From contig NW_021829550.1 in the NCBI RefSeq assembly GCF_006345805.1, positions 1 through 5,952 of the forward strand: a DNA stretch of 5,952 nt. The letters are read 5' to 3'. Each line of letters opens with the position of its first letter. Position 1 is the stretch's first letter. The DNA comes from Octopus sinensis. Its lineage: Eukaryota. Below the pieces are notes generated by a model, which saw only the letters and a list, made by a program, of their open reading frames with translations, ran no database searches and was not told the DNA's origin. The position numbers were made by a program, and so were the translations under genes. Shown here piece after piece: positions 1 through 4,733 of this stretch.

Positions 1-50
1 CCAGCATGGCCGCAGTGAAATGACTGAAACAAGTTAAAGAGTAAAGAGTA
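1..50 (+). mobile_element. 3' end and tail of SINE family A (window-truncated)
   Basis: CCAGCATGGCCGCAGTGAAATGACTGAAACAAGTTAAAGAGTAAAGAGTA closely matches the 3' end of the full copy (about 419-470), including the AGTAAA(A)G tail. Confidence 0.9.
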
Positions 51-63
51 ATATATATATTAG

Positions 64-478
64 TAGGCGCAGGAGTGGCTGTGTGGTAAGTAGCTTGTTT
101 ACCAACCACATGGTTCCGGGTTCAGTTCCACTGCGTGGCACCTTGGGCAAGTGTCTTCTACTATAGCCTCGGGCCTCCAAAGCCCTGTGAGTGGATTTGG
201 TAGACGGAAACTGAAAGAAGCCCGTCGTATATATGTATATATATATATATGAGTGTATGTGTGTCTGTGTTTGTCCCCCTAGCATTGCTTGACAACCGAT
301 GCTGGTGTGTTTATGTCCCCGTCACTTAGCGGTTCGGCAAAAGAGACCGATAGAATAAGTACTGGGCTTACAAAAGAATAAGTCCCCGGGATCGAATTGC
401 TCGATTAAAGGCGGTGCTTCAGCATGGCCGCAGTCAAATGACTGAAAACAAGTAAAAGAGTAAAAGAGTAAAGAGAAT
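64..478 (+). mobile_element. Full-length tRNA-derived SINE, family A (octopus-type)
   Basis: A-box TGGCTGTGTGG (76-86), B-box-like GGTTCAGTTCC (119-129), CORE-like CCTTGGGCAAG (141-151), internal (TA)n/(TG)n tract at ~228-260 and AGTAAA(A)G tandem tail. Colinear with the inverted copy at 1424-1850 (~89% in the 5' half, ~96% in the 3' half by hand alignment). Confidence 0.92.
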
Positions 479-611
479 ATAACCATCCTGAAATACAACG
501 ATAAATATATGATAGTTTCTAGGTATTTAGGCCCCCGTTTAAAGCTGAGGTCATGTGCTTGTTTACGCTGTCACAGCAGATTTAATCATTTTATTGTGAA
601 GTTCACATTTA

Positions 612-935
612 AAGACTCTGCCGGTTACGACGACGAGGGTCCCAGCTGATCCGAATCAACGGAACAGCTTGCTCGTGAAATTAACGTGCAAATGGCTGAG
701 CATTCCACAGACACGTGTACCCTTAACGTAGTTCTCGGGGATAATCAGCGTGACACAGAGAGTGACAAGGCTGACCCTTTGAAATACAAGTACAACTCAT
801 TTTTGCCAGCTGAGTGGACTGGAGCAACGTGAAATAAAGTGTCTTGCTCAAGGACACAACGCGTCGCCGGGAATCGAACTCACAACCTTACGATCATGAG
901 CCGAATGCCCTAACCACTAAGCCACGCGCCCTCAC
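612..935 (-). mobile_element. tRNA(Arg)-like SINE, family B, copy 1 of tandem dimer (possibly octopus OR-type/CORE-related)
   Basis: The minus strand reads GTGAGGGCGCGTGGCTTAGTGGTTAGGGC...GAGTTCGATTCCCGG, with a consensus A box (914-924) and B box (870-881). These are followed by GTGTCCTTGAGCAAGACAC (839-857), resembling the 5' part of the CORE domain. The head resembles tRNA-Arg (GGCCGCGTGGCCTAATGG...). The family name is tentative. Confidence 0.9.
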
Positions 936-938
936 TAC

Positions 939-1261
939 AAGACTCCGCCGGTTACGACGACGAGGGTCCCAGCTGATACGATCAACGGAACAGCTTGCTC
1001 GTGAAATTAACGTGCAAATGGCTGAGCATTCCACAGACACGTGTACCCTTAACGTAGTTCTCGGGGATAATCAGCGTGACACAGAGAGTGACAAGGCTGA
1101 CCCTTTGAAATACAAGTACAACTCATTTTTGCCAGCTGAGTGGACTGGAGCAACGTGAAATAAAGTGTCTTGCTCAAGGACACAACGCGTCGCCGGGAAT
1201 CGAACTCACAACCTTACGATCATGAGCCGAATGCCCTAACCACTAAGCCACGCGCCCTCAC
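939..1261 (-). mobile_element. tRNA(Arg)-like SINE, family B, copy 2 of tandem dimer
   Basis: Direct repeat of 612-935; 981-1261 is identical to 655-935 (281 bp). A box 1240-1250, B box 1196-1207. Confidence 0.9.
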
Positions 1262-1423
1262 ATAAGGTAGAGTGGATGCTGGCGCACTTTATCAGTTTTA
1301 GTCTGGTTGGTATACGCTACAAATCCAGTGTGTAGTGGAAATATATAGTCAGTACAAGGTGTTGATGTGGCTGCGTGTATGCTGCTACAAGAGTTCATAT
1401 TGAGATGGAAGAATAAATTCAAG

Positions 1424-1850
1424 ATTCTCTCTTTCCTCTTTACTCCTCTTTGACTTGTTTCAGTCATTTGACTGCGGCCATGCTGGAGCACCGCCTCTAG
1501 TCGAGCAAATCGATCCCGGGACTTATTCTTTTGTAAGCCCAGTACTTATTCTATCGGTCTCTTTTGCCGAACCGCTAAGTGACGGGGACGTAAACACGCC
1601 AGCATCGGTTGTCAAGCAATGCTAGGGGGACAAACACAGACACACAAACACATATATATATTATATATATATATATACATATATACGACAGGCTTCTTTC
1701 AGTTTCCGTCTACCAAATTCACTCACAAGGCATTGGTTGGCCTGGGGCTATAGCAGAAGGCACTTGCCCAAGATGCCACGCAGTGGGACTGAACCCGGAA
1801 CCATGTGGTCGGTTAGCAAGTTACTTACCACACTGCCACTCCTTCGCCTA
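1424..1850 (-). mobile_element. Full-length SINE family A, inverted relative to 64-478
   Basis: The reverse complement starts TAGGCGAAGGAGTGGCAGTGTGG (A box 1828-1838; B-box-like GGTTCAGTCCC 1785-1795). It has an internal (TA)n tract at ~1651-1685 and the same 3' body and AGAG-rich tail. Confidence 0.92.
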
Positions 1851-2101
1851 TGATCTATATATTTACTACATAAAAATATATTTTATTTACTGGTCGATGA
1901 TGATACACGGAAACAGATGTAGAATCTACGCAAGAAAGTTCAGAGATAGAAAATGAAAAAATATCAGCTAAGTGGTGGTTTTCAGTCATATGGTGTAGAG
2001 AAATAGACAGATACAGCAATGACGTAAATGGCTTTAAGTCTAATCGTCTAAGAAGCGAAAAGTTGGGTTAGTAAGCTGTTTTTACTAATGGAACTCTAGA
2101 C

Positions 2102-2191
2102 ATTCTAGAAACTTCCAGGAGAAACGCTAAGCTTCTTGAATAATTAAAAATCACATCTCATGACATTAATGCTTCGAGAAGCTTAGAAAAG
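2102..2191. promoter_or_regulatory. Cluster of heat-shock-element-like nTTCn/nGAAn inverted pentamers
   Basis: aTTCt-aGAAa-cTTCc-aGGAg (2102-2121), cTAAg-cTTCt-tGAAt (2127-2141) and cTTCg-aGAAg-cTTAg-aAAAg (2172-2191), all in one 10-bp register. This is a motif match only; function is not shown. Confidence 0.4.
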
Positions 2192-2367
2192 TAGAGGTTA
2201 CTCAATGATCTTTCTTGCAAGGGCGATCATTCAACTATATAGCTACCGCTACAAGGCCTTAACAATGGATACTGCATACGGTAGGGTAGAGAATCAGTCA
2301 TGTAGACACCATCTGGTAAGGTGTGGTACTTAGCGACTACGGATATTACTTAGGAGTGACCGATTTA

Positions 2368-2571
2368 AAAGCGCAAGACCAGCAGTTTTGTGAGAGGTGC
2401 TAAGTCGATTACATCGGCCCCGTTGTTTAACTGGTACTTAATTTATCGACCCCGAGGGGATGAAAGACAAAGTCGACCCCCGGCGACATTTGAGTTAAGA
2501 ACGTAAAGACGGACGAAATGCCATTAAGCATTTTGCCCGGCATGCTAACGATTCTGTCAGCCCGCCACCTT
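2368..2571 (-). mobile_element. Degenerate tRNA-derived SINE, family C (octopus-type, ~200 bp)
   Basis: The minus strand reads AAGGTGGCGGGCTGACAGAATCGTTAGCATGCCGGG...TTCTTAACTCAAATGTCGCCGGGGGTCGACTTTGTCTTTCATCCCCTCGGGGTCGATAAATTAAGTACCAG. The A and B boxes are eroded. The central TTTCATCC..CGGGGTCGATAAA.TAAGTACC block resembles, from memory, the Meta/MESC-type SINE core. The 3' boundary is approximate. Confidence 0.75.
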
Positions 2572-2590
2572 TATTATTATTGCAAATTTA

Positions 2591-2630
2591 CATATGTATA
2601 TATATATATACGTTTTTTATATATATATGT
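2591..2630. repeat. Degenerate (TA)n microsatellite
   Basis: CATATGTATATATATATATACGTTTTTTATATATATATGT. Confidence 0.8.
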
Positions 2631-2706
2631 TTTTTCCGATGTAAATTTGCTACCCAGGTATCGGTTAATTCGAATTATCCTTAATAAGATAATTCACTCA
2701 ACTACT

Positions 2707-2710
<4 letters not shown>

Positions 2711-2766
<56 letters not shown>
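2711..2766. repeat. Perfect (TA)28 microsatellite
   Basis: Uninterrupted TA for 56 bp. Confidence 0.97.
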
Positions 2767-2769
<3 letters not shown>

Positions 2770-2788
2770 TAATAAATAAAACATATGC

Positions 2789-2956
2789 ATATATACATGC
2801 ATATATGTACGTACCTACCTCTACATGTATATATACATGCATATATGGGTACAGGACACCAAAAAAACGTCGAACACAATGAGAACGAAAACATAAACAC
2901 AAAACAAGGAAATGGACATTTCTTTTAAACAACGAAAAAATAGAATACAGGACATA
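2789..2956. repeat. Probable fragment of an interspersed repeat with an A-rich + strand, cut by a SINE A tail
   Basis: 19-bp direct repeat ATATATACATGCATATATG (2789-2807, 2829-2847) and 9-bp repeat TACAGGACA (2850-2858, 2946-2954) around an A-rich block. It ends abruptly at the SINE A tail. Family identity is not established. Confidence 0.4.
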
Positions 2957-3108
2957 TTTTCTTTTTCTTTTTTTTTCTTTTTACTTGTTTCAGTCATTTT
3001 GACTGCGGCCATGCTGGAGCACCGCCTTTAATCGAGCAACTCGACCCCGGGACTTATTCTTTGTAAGCCCAGTACTTATTCTATTCATCGGTCTCTTTTG
3101 CCGAACCA

Positions 3109-3112
<4 letters not shown>
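2957..3112 (-). mobile_element. 5'-truncated SINE family A (3' ~155 bp)
   Basis: TTACTTGTTTCAGTCATTTTGACTGCGGCCATGCTGGAGCACCGCC...TTTTGCCGAACCACTAA matches 1453-1578. It has an A-rich tail (T-rich on +) and a 4-bp insertion near 3084. Confidence 0.9.

Positions 3113-3160
<48 letters not shown>
3113..3160. repeat. (TA)n microsatellite
   Basis: (TA)18 at 3113-3148, then one interruption and further AT repeats. Confidence 0.95.
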
Positions 3161-3162
<2 letters not shown>

Positions 3163-3410
3163 ACTTATATTTATATCATATTCATATTTATATAACAACG
3201 AATGTGTGTTGATAAATTTGTGTATGTGAATGTGTGTACATCTTATTGTTTCACGCGCTTTCATTCTCTCCAACTATCTTGATTTTGATCTTACTGTCTC
3301 AATCTCTCGCAGACAAAATGTAACACTCTAGAACAGCTGAGAATCAGTTGGGGGTCTGTCGACATTTTGATACGCACCAAATACCGGTTTTTGGGGTTTT
3401 TTTTTTTTAC

Positions 3411-3647
3411 ATATGTTTGTATGTATGTACGGATGTATGCGCATATGTATGTATATATGTATGAATGCTTGCTTGCATGTAGTATATATGTGTCTGTGTG
3501 TGTGCGTGTATGTAAGTACGTACGTAATTATGTATACCTTACTATTTTTGTATGCATGTACATATACATACACATAAACACACACATATATATATATATA
3601 TTTATTTATATATACAGAGAGGGAGAGAGAGATAAGGAAGGAGAGAA
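3411..3647. repeat. Compound microsatellite (TATG)n/(TG)n/(CA)n/(TA)n/(GA)n
   Basis: Successive degenerate short-period tracts are visible directly. Confidence 0.85.
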
Positions 3648-4645
3648 GTAATGTTTATCCCCACCTAAATAAGCTGCTGCTGCTGCTATTGTCCTGGTCG
3701 CTGGAACTGGTACCACCACAGCTTCATACACCACTCCTTCAGCCTAACATTAGCCTCCCGCTGGGCAGACATTGTACTCCCTGCATGAGCAACGGTCCTC
3801 TTTCCACGGTTTATGGGTGTTTACATATATTCTTTTCATGTTGGGCACGCAACTTAAGGAGACCCTTAGGCTTTGCCTGTTGAACGAACGTCCGTATCTG
3901 AGTGTCTGCGTGAAGTTCTTGTCTACTAAACTGAGGAATAATTTTCCCACACAAGTCTTGAAGTTGAGTGAGAAGGATGGATCAAACCGAAGACGTTCCG
4001 GTCTGCTTTCGTCTGTGTGTGCTAGTTCCGGGCATATGGGAGATGCGTTCTTTAAACCCACTGGACGCCAGGGCCACGTTGTAATAGTTTTGTCCGAGAA
4101 ATGTAAGGACCTTTTGGAGGTTATTATTTGTTATATTTGAACGAAGTTTGCGGTGAGAAAAGGAAGAGGATTTTCGGAATCTTATTTCGAAGGTTTGAGT
4201 TCTTTAATTCTTGGTAAGAAACTCCTAGACTTGACCCCGAACGTGTTAGCCACAGGTGGCGGGGTGCCTTGGTCGTAGAAATACGCCTTCCACCTCATCT
4301 AGCAGCATTTTTGTAGAATGCTCGTCAGGTAGTGTTGGAATATTGTTAAATATCTGATGTCGTAAAGTTCCATGTAATCTCAGAGTTGGTGGCTTTCCTT
4401 AATATGTAAAGCGCGTAGCGTTGGTACAGCTATCGAACGTAAACCACGTGGTGGCCTTTTTAAGAAACTCTGTGTCCGGGTCGCGGATGGATTGTCAGTG
4501 GATCATATATTTCATTCATTATTCTCTCCACAGAAATTCACTCACTCTCAAACGCTATCCTTTGCTCTCCTTCTGCATTCTTTCCCTATACCTGAGTTGG
4601 TCGCAAAGGCGGTAGTAAGTTAGATGAAGACGGAAATAACATTAC
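3648..4645 (-). mobile_element. Decayed, internally deleted Penelope-like retroelement (C-terminal GIY-YIG type, resembling the Hydra-clade PLEs)
   Basis: Minus-strand translation with frameshifts and stops gives, in order: MELYDIRY..NNIP (ATG 4373); MRWKAYFY..NTFGVKSRSFLPRIKELKP (from 4298); NNNLQKVL/TFLGQNYYNVALASSGFKER; FDPSFSLNFKTCVGKLFLSLVDKNF..RSFNRQSLRVSLSCVPNMK; CSCREYNVCPAGG*C*; EGVVYEAVV..AYLG. As I recall the family, these correspond to the PLE motifs KNIP, MRWKA, YGFKS, Y..AL..SG, WFNPPFS..KT.IGK.FL.L.DKHF, FNRNT.KVSYSC.PN, CxC-x4-CP-x3-C and GIY-YIG. Outer boundaries are approximate. Confidence 0.85.
3663..4373 (-). pseudogene. Disrupted Penelope-like RT/GIY-YIG ORF remnant (RT catalytic core absent)
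   Basis: In-frame stops at 3750-3752 (TAA) and 3744-3746 (TAG) fall inside the Cys linker, and there are several frameshifts. GVVY (3726-3737) and YLG (3663-3671) are in one frame. No YxDD-type RT motif is found. Confidence 0.8.
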
Positions 4646-4687
4646 AGATATATATATAACAAGAATGAGGGATTGATAGTGAAATAC

Positions 4688-4733
4688 TGAGAGAGTAAGA
4701 GAGAGACGTGCGCTCTCTCTCTCTACCTCTCTC
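4688..4733. repeat. Imperfect inverted repeat (GA)n / (TC)n at the satellite boundary
   Basis: TGAGAGAGTAAGAGAGAGAC-GTGC-GCTCTCTCTCTCTACCTCTCTCA. Confidence 0.55.

Noticed and set aside
51-63. Target-site duplications around the SINE copies
   Set aside because: No convincing matching flanks were found for any copy; only short AT-rich similarities expected by chance.
865-935. Functional tRNA gene (CAT anticodon-like loop CTCATGA on the minus strand)
   Set aside because: The anticodon stem is mispaired, there is no acceptor-stem complement, and it continues into a SINE body; it is a SINE head.
844-1158. 104-aa ORF spanning the SINE dimer junction
   Set aside because: It lies wholly antisense within SINE-B copies, starts at a non-ATG codon and has no recognisable domain.
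1892-1930. Hammerhead-like ATGATGA..GGAAAC-AGAT..ATCT
   Set aside because: The core begins AUGA rather than CUGA, there is no stem II and no NUH cleavage triplet follows stem III.
2335-2344. GACTACGGAT, matching the tRNA-Arg(ACG) anticodon loop
   Set aside because: It is only 10 bp, with no flanking A/B boxes or stems; likely chance.
3334-3368. CTGAGAA..CTGTCGACA, hammerhead-like
   Set aside because: It needs several substitutions in invariant core positions.
34-3651. YI/IY/CV-rich and other short ORFs (34-285, 1258-1491, 1609-1956, 2518-2772, 2702-2932, 2821-3012, 3328-3585, 3367-3651)
   Set aside because: They are translations of microsatellites and SINE bodies.
3744-3752. Possible recoded stops (selenocysteine, as reported for some Naiad PLEs)
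   Set aside because: The stops are TAA and TAG, not TGA, and the ORF has multiple frameshifts; this is ordinary decay.
4300-4395. Hammerhead ribozyme candidates in the PLE (minus strand CTGACGAGCATT..AATGCT; CTGAGATTACATGGAAC)
   Set aside because: The first has CUGANGA and a stem but no following GAAA; the second lacks an intact core and stem II. An Infernal search of the family consensus would be decisive.
3689-4615. Plus-strand ORFs 3689-3883, 3772-4140 and 4421-4615
   Set aside because: They are antisense shadows of the PLE remnant with no independent protein motifs.
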